This document shows, piece after piece, positions 55,451 to 64,000 of a DNA stretch of 64,000 nucleotides (position 1 is its first letter; each line of letters opens with the position of its first letter). The DNA lies in assembly GCA_050246815.1 (NCBI GenBank), contig JBFWVI010000010.1, positions 2,293 through 66,292 on the forward strand, given 5' to 3'. The stretch is from Bdellovibrionales bacterium. GTDB taxonomy: Bacteria; Bdellovibrionota; Bdellovibrionia; Bdellovibrionales; UBA1609. The translations under genes were made by a program, and so were the position numbers. The notes beneath the pieces are model-generated. The model was not told the origin of the DNA and searched no databases. It saw only the letters and a program-made list of their open reading frames with translations.

Positions 55451-56258
55451 GGCCCTCACCTCCGGCTGTTCCGGAACCCTCCGAAGGCGGCGTTCGCTGT
55501 TCCTCTTTAGGCAAACGCTCTTTCAGGGTCTCCCATGCCCGGTTCACACGCATCTCGACGGTGGCATCAATGGACCCATAGTTGGACTCGAGTAGGCAAC
55601 CTCCCGATGTGACACCATCGGAAATCTCGACACGGACACGTTTCAAAGCATCGGCGGCTTTGCCTGTTTTTGAACGCACGAGCTCAAGAAAATCATGATC
55701 AGAGGACGAAACATGGATGGTCAATTGCTCATCCGACTGTGCGTCGGCCACCACCTGCATCACCACCGGCATAATCGATTCGGCATCTTGCTTAATTTCG
55801 CGCATGGCGATACGACTCGCCAAACGGTAAATCATTTCGATGATGTGCGCCTCATGATCCGCCACCAGCTTCGACTTCATTTCATTGAAAAGAGTCAGCA
55901 GCTGATCAAAGTCGCGCAATTTGTTTTCAAGAACGATTCTTTCAGCCTGAAACGCTTGTTCACGCCCTTCAGTTAAGCCAAGCTCATAAGCTTCTTTGTA
56001 GGCCTTTTCTTGCACGGACTTCAGCTGCAGCAAAGCCTCTTCTTCGATTTTGTCATTCAAAGCATCACGCTGAAGCTTCGCGATACCCGCCTGCTCTGCT
56101 GCAAGCGGATTGATCTGAAAGTCGGTCGACTGAAAATTTTGTCCGGAAATAAACTCGTTGGCAGATGCACTGACCACCAACGGAAATTCCCGAGCCTTGA
56201 AGTCGAAGACCACGTTGCTCGAAGCTTCTTTTTTTAGAACGGACTTGGGCGTGGCCAT
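55440..56258 (-). CDS. fliH: flagellar assembly protein FliH
   Basis: 272 aa between fliG and fliI. Central coiled-coil plus a FliH C-terminal domain pattern. Confidence 0.85.
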   Translation of the reverse strand: MATPKSVLKKEASSNVVFDFKAREFPLVVSASANEFISGQNFQSTDFQINPLAAEQAGIAKLQRDALNDKIEEEALLQLKSVQEKAYKEAYELGLTEGREQAFQAERIVLENKLRDFDQLLTLFNEMKSKLVADHEAHIIEMIYRLASRIAMREIKQDAESIMPVVMQVVADAQSDEQLTIHVSSSDHDFLELVRSKTGKAADALKRVRVEISDGVTSGGCLLESNYGSIDATVEMRVNRAWETLKERLPKEEQRTPPSEGSGTAGGEGHGT

Positions 56259-56275
56259 TTCTTCGTCCTTTTTTA

Positions 56276-57316
56276 TTACACCAAGGCGTCTTCAGATCCA
56301 CCGCGAGCGATCAAGATCTTACCCTCTTGTTCTAAACGGCGCGCAATGTTGACGATCTCAACCTGTGCGGATTCCACATCCGATAAACGCGAGGGTCCCA
56401 TATTCTGCAAATCGTCCTGCAACAATTTGGCCGCGCGCTGTGAGATATTCTTGAAGATCTTGGTTTTGATCTCTTCGTTGGCGGTTTTTAATGCCAACAG
56501 AAGTTTGTCGTTGGGAACTTCTTTCAGCAAAGTTTGAATGCCGCGATCGTCGATCTTGACGATGTCCTCGAATACAAACATCAGTTTGCGAATTTCTTCT
56601 GCCAGGATCGGATCTTTTTCCTCGATGCGCGACATGATTGCGGTTTCGGTGTTTTTGTCCATGACGTTGAGCATTTCAGCCACCGGCTGTACGCCGCCTA
56701 AAGAGGCCTGCTCGACCGTGCCCATGCTCTGCAACTCTTGCTTCAACACACGATCAACTTCCGAAATCAACTCAGGCGCCACGTGGTCCAAGTTCGCCAA
56801 GCGCAGCACCACTTCGGCCTGCAGGGATTCGGGTAAACGCTTTAGCACTTCGCCCTTTTTTTCGGGTTCAAGATGCGCCAAGATCACAGAAATTGTTTGT
56901 GGGTGCTCGTTCAACAAGAAGTTGCTGAGCGATTTTGCATCCACCATCTCTAAGCTTTCCAGGTTGCGGCTGGTCGGCGAAGCCGCGCTTAAGTGACCCA
57001 AAATACCGCGCGCGCGCTCTTCGCCCACAGCGTCCACCACGGTGTCTTTGGATGTGACCTTTTCAGAAAAAATATACTCCGACGATTCCGAAACCATTTC
57101 GTAAAACTCTTCTAAAACGCGCTTTGTCACTTCCACCGGAACAATTCGATATTTTTGCATAACGCCCAAAAGTTTACGGATGTCGGCGTCATCAACGTGG
57201 GGGAATAGCTTCTTCGCCGATTCCGGGCCTAAGTAGTTCAGCAGAATCGCCGCCTTGTCGAAGCCGCGCAATTCGTCAAACTTGATATTTTCTAATTTAA
57301 CCAGCTTGGTTGCCAC
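56276..57316 (-). CDS. fliG: flagellar motor switch protein FliG
   Basis: EHPQ motif (LLNEHPQTISVILAHL) and MFVFEDI. C-terminal charged helix region. Confidence 0.96.
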   Translation of the reverse strand: MATKLVKLENIKFDELRGFDKAAILLNYLGPESAKKLFPHVDDADIRKLLGVMQKYRIVPVEVTKRVLEEFYEMVSESSEYIFSEKVTSKDTVVDAVGEERARGILGHLSAASPTSRNLESLEMVDAKSLSNFLLNEHPQTISVILAHLEPEKKGEVLKRLPESLQAEVVLRLANLDHVAPELISEVDRVLKQELQSMGTVEQASLGGVQPVAEMLNVMDKNTETAIMSRIEEKDPILAEEIRKLMFVFEDIVKIDDRGIQTLLKEVPNDKLLLALKTANEEIKTKIFKNISQRAAKLLQDDLQNMGPSRLSDVESAQVEIVNIARRLEQEGKILIARGGSEDALV

Positions 57317-58966
57317 TTATAAATCCCTCCGCGACAGCCACAGGCCGAATGCACCGGCCGCTTTTTCTACATCTTGCTCGATCAAATTCACGATACGTTC
57401 TTTCAACAATTCGCTTTCAGCTTTGTCAGGATCCAAAGACTCTTCCAGCACAGGCAATGAACCCGACATGCCCGGCAAAGTGTTGTCTACGCTTTGCAGT
57501 TCTTCTAGCTCTTCGATGGTTTTGGGCAACATGTCCTCGACCGAGTCTTGGAACGAATCGGTGATCCAACGCATGAATGGCTTGACCACGATAAAGAAGA
57601 ACAGCGCCAGGGCAAAGCCCAGCAAAGACCAATAGAAGAGTGCATAAAGGAGCTTTCGTTTTTCCAAGGTGGTCAGCAGTTTTTCTGATTCACCGAAGTC
57701 TTCTTTTTGGAACTGGATATTTTCGACGCGCACGCTGTCGCCACGTTGGGCGCTGAAACCAATCGCGTTTTTAACAATGGTTTCGTACTTAGCCAAATCT
57801 TCGGGACTGCGCGGGACCCACTTTTCTTCGACGGTGCCATCTTCTTTGGTGGTGACTTGAGTCACGCCGTCGACCAAAACCGCAATGCTGAGGCGCTCGA
57901 CCGCACCTGCGGCTTCTTTTATGTTGCGCATGGTTTTGGGAACTTCGTAATTCGAAGTTTTTAACTCTTTACGCACGTTTTGCTTAAAACCAACCTGACC
58001 GGCGTCCTCGGCTCCTGGCAGATTCGAACGAGCGCCCGGAATCCCGGCAGGATTGGTGCGTGCGCCATCCAACATTTCTTCCTCAGTTTGCTGACCTTTT
58101 AGGGCCGTGCCCTCCGCATCCACGGTCTCTTCGGTGGTAATGGTATGGCGCGGGTTCAATGAGGCGTCGACACGAGCGATCACTTTTCCGCCACCGACCA
58201 CTTTGGACAGAATGGATTCGACCCGTTCTTCCAAATTGCTTTCAACCTTAGCTTTCATGTCCATCAATTCACTGGTGGCGGCGCCTTCGGGTGAATGGGG
58301 GCGGGTTAGAATTTTGCCTCGCGAATCGACAACCGTGACTCTTTCGGGATCTAAATTTTCAACTGCAGCCGCCACTAGGTTGGTGATGCCACGGACTTGG
58401 TCTGAAGTCAGCGTTTTGCCTGCATGCAAGTTCAAAACGACAGACGCTGTTGGCTGGCCAGATTCTTCAAGGAAAGTCTTTTTGGGTGGCAGCGCCAATA
58501 TCACTTTTGACTGCTTCACAGCGCTCAAGGTGTTGATCGAACGCATCAATTCGCCCTGCAGAGCGCGCTGGTAGTTCACGCGTTGGGCATACGAGGTTGT
58601 TCCGAAGTTTTCTTTTTCAAAAAGCTCAAGGCCGATGTCACCCAGCTTACCGCCACCGACTTCGGTCATGATCGCCATTTGCGTGGAATGCAGAAGTTCT
58701 TTCGGAACAAGAACGGTCGCGCCGTTGTCACCTAATTTGAATGGAATATTTTTTTGATTCAATTGTTCCACCAAAATCGGCAACTGATCCGGCGGCACAT
58801 TCTTGAATAAAGGCACGTGGTTCGTGCCCGACACCATCAGCATCGCCACGACAACAGCGCCCATGACAACGGCGCTGGCGGCCAGCATAGACATACGCTT
58901 GACGGGCGTCAGCGTCTTATAAAATTCCTGAAACTGTGTGACCAGATAGCCAAACAACTTTTGCAA
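57317..58966 (-). CDS. fliF: flagellar MS-ring protein FliF
   Basis: 549 aa with N- and C-terminal TMs flanking a YscJ/FliF periplasmic region (LELFEKENFGTTSYAQRVNYQRALQGEL). Confidence 0.95.
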   Translation of the reverse strand: MQKLFGYLVTQFQEFYKTLTPVKRMSMLAASAVVMGAVVVAMLMVSGTNHVPLFKNVPPDQLPILVEQLNQKNIPFKLGDNGATVLVPKELLHSTQMAIMTEVGGGKLGDIGLELFEKENFGTTSYAQRVNYQRALQGELMRSINTLSAVKQSKVILALPPKKTFLEESGQPTASVVLNLHAGKTLTSDQVRGITNLVAAAVENLDPERVTVVDSRGKILTRPHSPEGAATSELMDMKAKVESNLEERVESILSKVVGGGKVIARVDASLNPRHTITTEETVDAEGTALKGQQTEEEMLDGARTNPAGIPGARSNLPGAEDAGQVGFKQNVRKELKTSNYEVPKTMRNIKEAAGAVERLSIAVLVDGVTQVTTKEDGTVEEKWVPRSPEDLAKYETIVKNAIGFSAQRGDSVRVENIQFQKEDFGESEKLLTTLEKRKLLYALFYWSLLGFALALFFFIVVKPFMRWITDSFQDSVEDMLPKTIEELEELQSVDNTLPGMSGSLPVLEESLDPDKAESELLKERIVNLIEQDVEKAAGAFGLWLSRRDL

Positions 58967-58978
58967 CGACGCCCCCTA

Positions 58979-59314
58979 TTAAACCTGCATCTTCATAATT
59001 TCTTGGTACGCTTCGATCACCTTGTTGCGCACTTGAACCATTAACTTTAATGCGATGTCTGCTTTTTCAGCCGCGATCATGACGTCGGGAATACTCTTGG
59101 CTTTGCCAGTCGCCAGATCTTCCATCTTGCGATCCGCAGTCTGTTGCATTTGGTTGACGCTTTGAACGGCTTCTTTCAGAGTGTCGCCGAAAGATTTCTG
59201 ACCCGCCTCAAGGGGACCGGTGACTTCGCGCTTGATGCCGCTTTCGCGGGACTCGCGCAAGGTTTGCCCCTGCTGAATCAGATTCTCTGAATTTGATATC
59301 GTCAAACCGTCCAT
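58979..59314 (-). CDS. fliE: flagellar hook-basal body protein FliE
   Basis: 111 aa. C-terminal AAEKADIALKLMVQVRNKVIEAYQEIMKMQV. Confidence 0.9.
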   Translation of the reverse strand: MDGLTISNSENLIQQGQTLRESRESGIKREVTGPLEAGQKSFGDTLKEAVQSVNQMQQTADRKMEDLATGKAKSIPDVMIAAEKADIALKLMVQVRNKVIEAYQEIMKMQV

Positions 59315-59387
59315 GGTCGACTCCTATCTTTAGATTAGCAAAAAAACTTTAACTCTCCAAAACAACTTCGCGATTACTCGGAAGAAA

Positions 59388-59825
59388 TTACCTGCCGATT
59401 TCAATCGCGCCCAAGGCCATGTCCTTGGTGGCCTGCATCGCCGAGACGTTAGCCTCGTAAGCACGCGTGGCCTGAATCATATTTGCCATCTCTTCCATCA
59501 GGTTAATGTTGGGATAAGCCACATAACCGTCCTCATTCGCATCTGGATGGTCCGGCTCATACTTTAGTAGAGGCGCCTTACGATCCACCACCACATCGCT
59601 CACCTGCACGCGCTGATAATCGGACGACGGACTTGAGGTAACCAGGTCGCCGAAGTTGCGAGCGTCGGGCATTGATTCGAACACCACATCTTTGCGACGG
59701 TAAGGGCCACCCTCGGGAGTTTTGGTGGTGTTGACGTTGGCAATGTTGCTCGAAATGGTATTCATGCGCATGCGCTGCGCAGTTAAGCCACTAGCTGAAA
59801 GTCTCATTCCGGTGGTAAAATCCAT
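59388..59825 (-). CDS. flgC: flagellar proximal rod protein FlgC
   Basis: SASGLTAQRMRMNTISSNIANVNTT, and C-terminal EEMANMIQATRAYEANV. Confidence 0.95.
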   Translation of the reverse strand: MDFTTGMRLSASGLTAQRMRMNTISSNIANVNTTKTPEGGPYRRKDVVFESMPDARNFGDLVTSSPSSDYQRVQVSDVVVDRKAPLLKYEPDHPDANEDGYVAYPNINLMEEMANMIQATRAYEANVSAMQATKDMALGAIEIGR

Positions 59826-60238
59826 TATCGACTACCTTCCGTCACAGCGTAGCGCATGGCGCCCATCTTCTTATTGATCAACTGCAAGGCTGCTTTATAC
59901 AAGATTGAGTTGTCGGCCAAAGTTGAAAGTTCGCGCTCCATATCGACGGTGTTGCCGTCATTGGTCACATTGATATCCGGATTGTCGTACACGTCGGCGC
60001 GCGCGCGAGAAATGGCACCTTGACCCATCAAAAAATGCTCATTGTCTGAAGTGTGAGACTTGCCCAAACCCTCGTGATCCAGGGCGCGATTTAAGGCCTC
60101 TTCAAAATCAACTTTTTTGGCTTTGTAACCGGGCGTTTCGGCATTGGCGATATTGGATGCCGTCACGTTGTGACGAAGCAGCCGAAAGTCCAGCGACGCA
60201 CCCAGCGCGTCTGTGGTTTTATCTGAGATTCCGCTCAT
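59825..60238 (-). CDS. flgB: flagellar proximal rod protein FlgB
   Basis: LRHNVTASNIANAETPGYK. C-terminal NTVDMERELSTLADNSILYKAAL. Confidence 0.93.
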   Translation of the reverse strand: MSGISDKTTDALGASLDFRLLRHNVTASNIANAETPGYKAKKVDFEEALNRALDHEGLGKSHTSDNEHFLMGQGAISRARADVYDNPDINVTNDGNTVDMERELSTLADNSILYKAALQLINKKMGAMRYAVTEGSR

Positions 60239-61182
60239 GCGATCACCTCTTTGTATTCATTAATTTTATTGCGCAACGTGCGAATGCTGATGCCCAGAAG
60301 TTCGGCCGCTTTGGTGCGGTTTTGGCCGGTGGCAGCTAACGTGCTCAAGATCAACCAGCGCTCGGCTTCAGAGACAGTCATACCGGGCTTTAACATTCGT
60401 TCTTGTTCATTTACTGAAAAGCCATTGATCAAAATTTGTTCCGCGTCGACCAAATCCTCCTTGGCTAATAACACGGAACGTTCGATGACGTTTTGCAGTT
60501 CGCGGATATTGCCAGGCCAACGCCATGCGCACAATTTCTGCAGAGCTGTATTGGTCAGCTCTTTTTGTTGCAATCCGTTGTCCGCACAAGAAACCTCCAA
60601 AAATAAGCGCGCCAGCAATTCAATATCTCTGGGGCGCACGCGCAGTGGCGGTACTTCTAACGGCACTACATTTAATCGATAAAATAAATCCTCTCGGAAC
60701 AAACCCACCTTCACCATCTCGCTGAGATCACGGTTGGCGGTGGCAATGACACGCACGTTCACCCTAACGGGCGAAGTTGCCCCTAAACGCTCGATTTCAC
60801 CCTCTTGCAAAACGCGCAGCAGCTTGGTTTGAAGCAAAAGTGGCAGTTCACTGATCTCATCCAACAGGAACGTGCTGTCGTGGGCCAGTTCGAATTTTCC
60901 CGCCTTGCGCTGATCGGCACCAGTGAAAGCGCCCTTTTCAAAGCCAAACAGCTCACTCTCTAACAAACCTTCTGGAACCGCAGCGCAGTTGATGGCGATA
61001 AATTTACGATTAGCGCGTGGACTGCGGGCATGGATGTAGCGGGCTAAAAGCTCCTTGCCGCTGCCACTTTCACCATTGATCAAAACTGTAGCTCGGCTTG
61101 ATGCGATGTTTTCTGCCACTTCAAGAATTTTGCGCATTTTGGGGTCGGCGGTGTGGATCACACCTAAATCACGGCCTGACAT
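60235..61182 (-). CDS. sigma-54-dependent transcriptional activator lacking an N-terminal sensory/receiver domain
   Basis: ATG 61182 has an AAGGAGG SD 9 nt upstream and lies 1 nt after the upstream TAG. The AAA+ domain starts at about residue 10 (GESGSGKE, GAFTGA, RELQNVIE). C-terminal HTH NRTKAAELLGISIRTLRNKI. ATGA overlap with the flgB start. Confidence 0.88.
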   Translation of the reverse strand: MSGRDLGVIHTADPKMRKILEVAENIASSRATVLINGESGSGKELLARYIHARSPRANRKFIAINCAAVPEGLLESELFGFEKGAFTGADQRKAGKFELAHDSTFLLDEISELPLLLQTKLLRVLQEGEIERLGATSPVRVNVRVIATANRDLSEMVKVGLFREDLFYRLNVVPLEVPPLRVRPRDIELLARLFLEVSCADNGLQQKELTNTALQKLCAWRWPGNIRELQNVIERSVLLAKEDLVDAEQILINGFSVNEQERMLKPGMTVSEAERWLILSTLAATGQNRTKAAELLGISIRTLRNKINEYKEVIA

Positions 61183-61183
61183 G

Positions 61184-64000
61184 CTATTGATCCTCCTTGA
61201 AATTGGACATCGCGGGAATACGTTTGATATATTTTTTGTGATCACTTTGCCAGCGGGCGTTTTCAAGACGTTCGACCGCCAGCTTGCGAAATACTCCATA
61301 TTTTTCTGCGTCAAGCTTCAGCCAAATTTTCTCTGCGCTAGCCAAATCGCCGCGCTCAAAAAGAATTTGACCGACGCGAAAGCGAATCGACCCCAGCGGT
61401 CTTTGACTTTCAAAGTCATCCAAAAGCTGCTGATAAGTTTCAACGGCCGCCAAGTCTTTTTTCTGCGCCTGAAGCGCGCCACCCTTAATCTCAAGAGCTT
61501 TGGCATACATGTCATCCGAGACTGGAATTTCATTTTTTCGCATGCCAACCACTTGATCAACCGCCCGTTCGGCGGCTTCGGGATTATTGGACTTCATCTC
61601 AATCTCGGCCAAATCCAAAAGCGTCGGTGCGATGCCGGCGGGTTCGCCTTTCCACGCGGCTATTGATTCCCTTAAATACGTTTTCGCCGGATCAAGTTGC
61701 CCGCGCTCGCGCAGCACCTTGGCCAGCAGCTGTACGCGTTCATTATTTTCTGAAGGCGAAAGCTTTTGCGTGTCAACCAAGCTTTTCAACTGTTGATAAG
61801 CCTCTGGATACTGGCGCTCCTGCATCGCCACAGCCGCCATACGCAAACGCAAAGCTTCGACCGATGGCAGGATTTCATTTACACGACGCTCTTTTTCCTC
61901 TTCGCTGCCGACAATACTTTGTCGTTTGTTTAAAATTTTATCATAGATTTTGCGCGCTTCGTCGAAGGCCCCCGCCTGTTCATACGCGCGCGCAGCGAAG
62001 TAGGGGATATCCAGACGATCCGTATTTTTTAACCAAGTCTTCGAATACTGCGCTTGCGTTTGCAAGGTGCCCATGAAGTCGTTGTCGTTGACCCTGCGAT
62101 TGATCACTTCGCTTAAATTTCGCAAAATGCGACTTTTAAAAAGTTCAAGATTGGTCGACGTCGGATTGGACTGATAATAGGTGATCAGATTTTTTAAGGC
62201 CTCCTGATTCTCCCCGCGGTGTTGCAGACCATCCGTTCGCATCAGCACCACAAATTCGCCGATCGTCGGCAGTGGCGAGCGCCTTGCGATCTCATCCATT
62301 TCTTCCATGGCCTTTTTGAGCTCTTTTTCTTTCATGCCCTTCATCTGTTGGCTCAACATGCGAATGCGTGCGACCTCGGCCCCCGGATTCTGCCGATAGC
62401 GGAAGTAGCTTTCTAAAAAAGCGCCCACAACGCGACTGCGATCAGCGCCCATGGCCTCTAACAACTCGCCCGCGCGGGTCATGGCATAACCGCCGTAGGC
62501 ATGATCAGGGTAGTTTGACAAAAAGCTGATATAGGCATCTAGACTTTCTTTGTACTTTCTTTGCCAGAACAAGCTTTCTGCCAAATTGTAATACGCATTG
62601 GGATAAGTCGAGATTTGCTGGGGATACTTGGCCAAGGCGCTGCGATAGGATTTTTCTGCTTGAGGCCAATCGCGGCGGGCAAAGAAAACATCACCCTCGC
62701 GAAAATGCGCCTCAATGCGAGCAGCTGGTTGCACAGCATTCTGCTGCAGATCGCGATACACTTTCAAGGCTTCATCATACTTGTTCAAAATCAGATTGCC
62801 CTCGGCCAAGCCCATCTGCACTTGATCCTTAATCTCGGAATTGGGGTGGCGCCGCAAATATTCTTGGAACTCTTGGATGGTGTCCAGGCCATTGCCACGC
62901 TCAAGCTCTGAATAAGCAATCCATTGCTGGATGCGCTCGGCCAAAGGCGACTCCGGATAGCGACTCAATAGATATTTGTAGGCATCTTGTGACTTCTGAT
63001 AATCGACCGGATCTTTCTCCATTTGCCAGCGCAAGAAGTACATATGCGCCGCCAAGTTTTTCACGATTTCGTCGTACTCAGACTCTGGATAAGTCATATT
63101 GAAGTGTTCGTACACTTTGAAAAAAGAGCCGATACGATCTTTAGTGCGATCGGTTTTACCGATTTGACGGGTGTACAAATCCAATAAAAATCGAGCTTCT
63201 TTGTTTTCGCGATCATCGCGAGGCCGAATTGAAAATTCGGGCAAATTGGCCTGCAGTTTCGGCAACAAGGTTACCGGCATTTTCAAGACTGGAAAATGAA
63301 TATAAATATTCTTTTTGCTGGCAATGATCGCTTCGTCTTTGATTTCGTAATCTTTGATCTGCAAGCGACTGAACTTCGGATCGGCGGCGTCAAAAGCCCC
63401 ACCTTTTACGCCCAGCTCTTCGGCCGCAGGCTGCTGACCGGCCGCTGGATTGTCGACCCGCAAACGTTCATCCCCAGCGGGGCGGCGCTGACCCGACCCC
63501 TTTTTCTGATAACCTTCACTGTCTTTTTCGGCGACAGCACTTTTACGTTTGGCAGGTAACTTTGTGGCCGCGGCGGCGCCGGCAGCACCCGTGCCAGATG
63601 CGGCCGTCTTCTTGGGAGCGGCCTGAGCTTCAGTCTGACGATAAAAGTCTAAAATCAAGCGCGATGGCTCGTCTGTGAGGTAGTCAAAACTTTCTACCTT
63701 GGGATCCGCCACAGTGAAAGTCACGACGTATGAACCGTCCGGACCATTCTTGTCGACCTTGACTTGCGAAACCAAACTGTCGCTCCAGGTGGCCAATTGT
63801 GCGATCGTGGCGTTATCCATTGCCGGCATCTGCAGAGTGAATTTGTTGGCCTCGACCTTTTTCAAGTCATAAGACCATTGGCTTAGTCCGCTGAACTCCA
63901 AGTGCGTGGCATCCCCGACTCGACTCATCTCGCCTTTGACCGATGCCGCCCATACTTCGGTCGAGCCAAAGCTGAACGCAACAAGGCCCAGAGTCGCCAA
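61184..64000 (-). CDS. large AMIN-domain + TPR-repeat protein; 5' end beyond the window
   Basis: Open from the window edge (the apparent start is a TTG artefact inside a signal-peptide-like LVAFSFGSTEVWAASV). N-terminal AMIN-like module ending SRLILDFY. Low-complexity Ala/Gly/Lys linker, then >600 aa of TPR-like repeats. Confidence 0.8.
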   Translation of the reverse strand: MATLGLVAFSFGSTEVWAASVKGEMSRVGDATHLEFSGLSQWSYDLKKVEANKFTLQMPAMDNATIAQLATWSDSLVSQVKVDKNGPDGSYVVTFTVADPKVESFDYLTDEPSRLILDFYRQTEAQAAPKKTAASGTGAAGAAAATKLPAKRKSAVAEKDSEGYQKKGSGQRRPAGDERLRVDNPAAGQQPAAEELGVKGGAFDAADPKFSRLQIKDYEIKDEAIIASKKNIYIHFPVLKMPVTLLPKLQANLPEFSIRPRDDRENKEARFLLDLYTRQIGKTDRTKDRIGSFFKVYEHFNMTYPESEYDEIVKNLAAHMYFLRWQMEKDPVDYQKSQDAYKYLLSRYPESPLAERIQQWIAYSELERGNGLDTIQEFQEYLRRHPNSEIKDQVQMGLAEGNLILNKYDEALKVYRDLQQNAVQPAARIEAHFREGDVFFARRDWPQAEKSYRSALAKYPQQISTYPNAYYNLAESLFWQRKYKESLDAYISFLSNYPDHAYGGYAMTRAGELLEAMGADRSRVVGAFLESYFRYRQNPGAEVARIRMLSQQMKGMKEKELKKAMEEMDEIARRSPLPTIGEFVVLMRTDGLQHRGENQEALKNLITYYQSNPTSTNLELFKSRILRNLSEVINRRVNDNDFMGTLQTQAQYSKTWLKNTDRLDIPYFAARAYEQAGAFDEARKIYDKILNKRQSIVGSEEEKERRVNEILPSVEALRLRMAAVAMQERQYPEAYQQLKSLVDTQKLSPSENNERVQLLAKVLRERGQLDPAKTYLRESIAAWKGEPAGIAPTLLDLAEIEMKSNNPEAAERAVDQVVGMRKNEIPVSDDMYAKALEIKGGALQAQKKDLAAVETYQQLLDDFESQRPLGSIRFRVGQILFERGDLASAEKIWLKLDAEKYGVFRKLAVERLENARWQSDHKKYIKRIPAMSNFKEDQ

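Noticed and set aside
63582-63596. Minus-strand TGGCACGGGTGCTGC sigma-54-like element
   Set aside because: GG-N10-GC spacing is good, but it is buried in the low-complexity coding region of the AMIN-TPR gene, about 2.4 kb upstream of the next start codon. An internal promoter is possible but unsupported.
1-64000. Search for rRNA, tRNA, tmRNA/SRP/RNase P RNA, CRISPR arrays, transposases, integrases, and known defence systems (RM, TA, CBASS, retron RT, Cas)
   Set aside because: I saw no tRNA-like T-arm motifs (GTTCGAATC-type) and no regularly spaced direct repeats. I also saw no DDE, tyrosine or serine recombinase, RT, nuclease-helicase or methyltransferase motif sets in any long ORF. Absence judged by eye is not proof; tRNAscan-SE, Infernal, PADLOC or DefenseFinder would confirm it.

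Overview
This 64-kb chromosomal segment is roughly 52-55% GC in hand-counted samples. Its gene content and operon layout look Bdellovibrio-like (Bdellovibrionota), but that assignment is inference only. It rests on a TIGR02530-type gene between flgD and flgE, a tandem DUF507 pair, and many secreted or lipoprotein ORFs. Two minus-strand flagellar super-operons sit at 683-11500 (fliL to fliA) and 48068-61182 (EBP, then flgB to flgE). Together they follow the Bacillus fla/che gene order. They bracket about 36 kb holding three kinds of genes. Housekeeping genes are suhB-like, a SPOR protein, uvrD/pcrA, kamA-like, a class A PBP, sugE, ileS-lspA-lgt, yacG, hup and pfkA. There are also many envelope or secreted proteins of unknown function. 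The third group is a CHASE2 histidine kinase paired with a sigma-54 response regulator. I recognised no rRNA, tRNA, CRISPR array, transposase, integrase or known defence system. The most unusual items follow. (1) A low-GC islet of about 2.5 kb (21.2-23.7 kb) encodes a secreted protein-kinase-like protein and a secreted Tiki/ChaN-like protein. The two are separated by a 97-nt nested hairpin element, and the islet ends in a large palindromic element with 23-bp perfect arms. (2) An operon of two DUF507 paralogs plus an orphan GroES carrying a roughly 70-aa Lys/Ala-rich N-terminal tail. (3) A sensor-domain-less sigma-54 activator translationally coupled between a giant AMIN+TPR protein and flgB. 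(4) A G9 homopolymer at the 5' end of the ylxF/motE-like flagellar gene. All functional calls come from motifs read in the translations; no database search was run.
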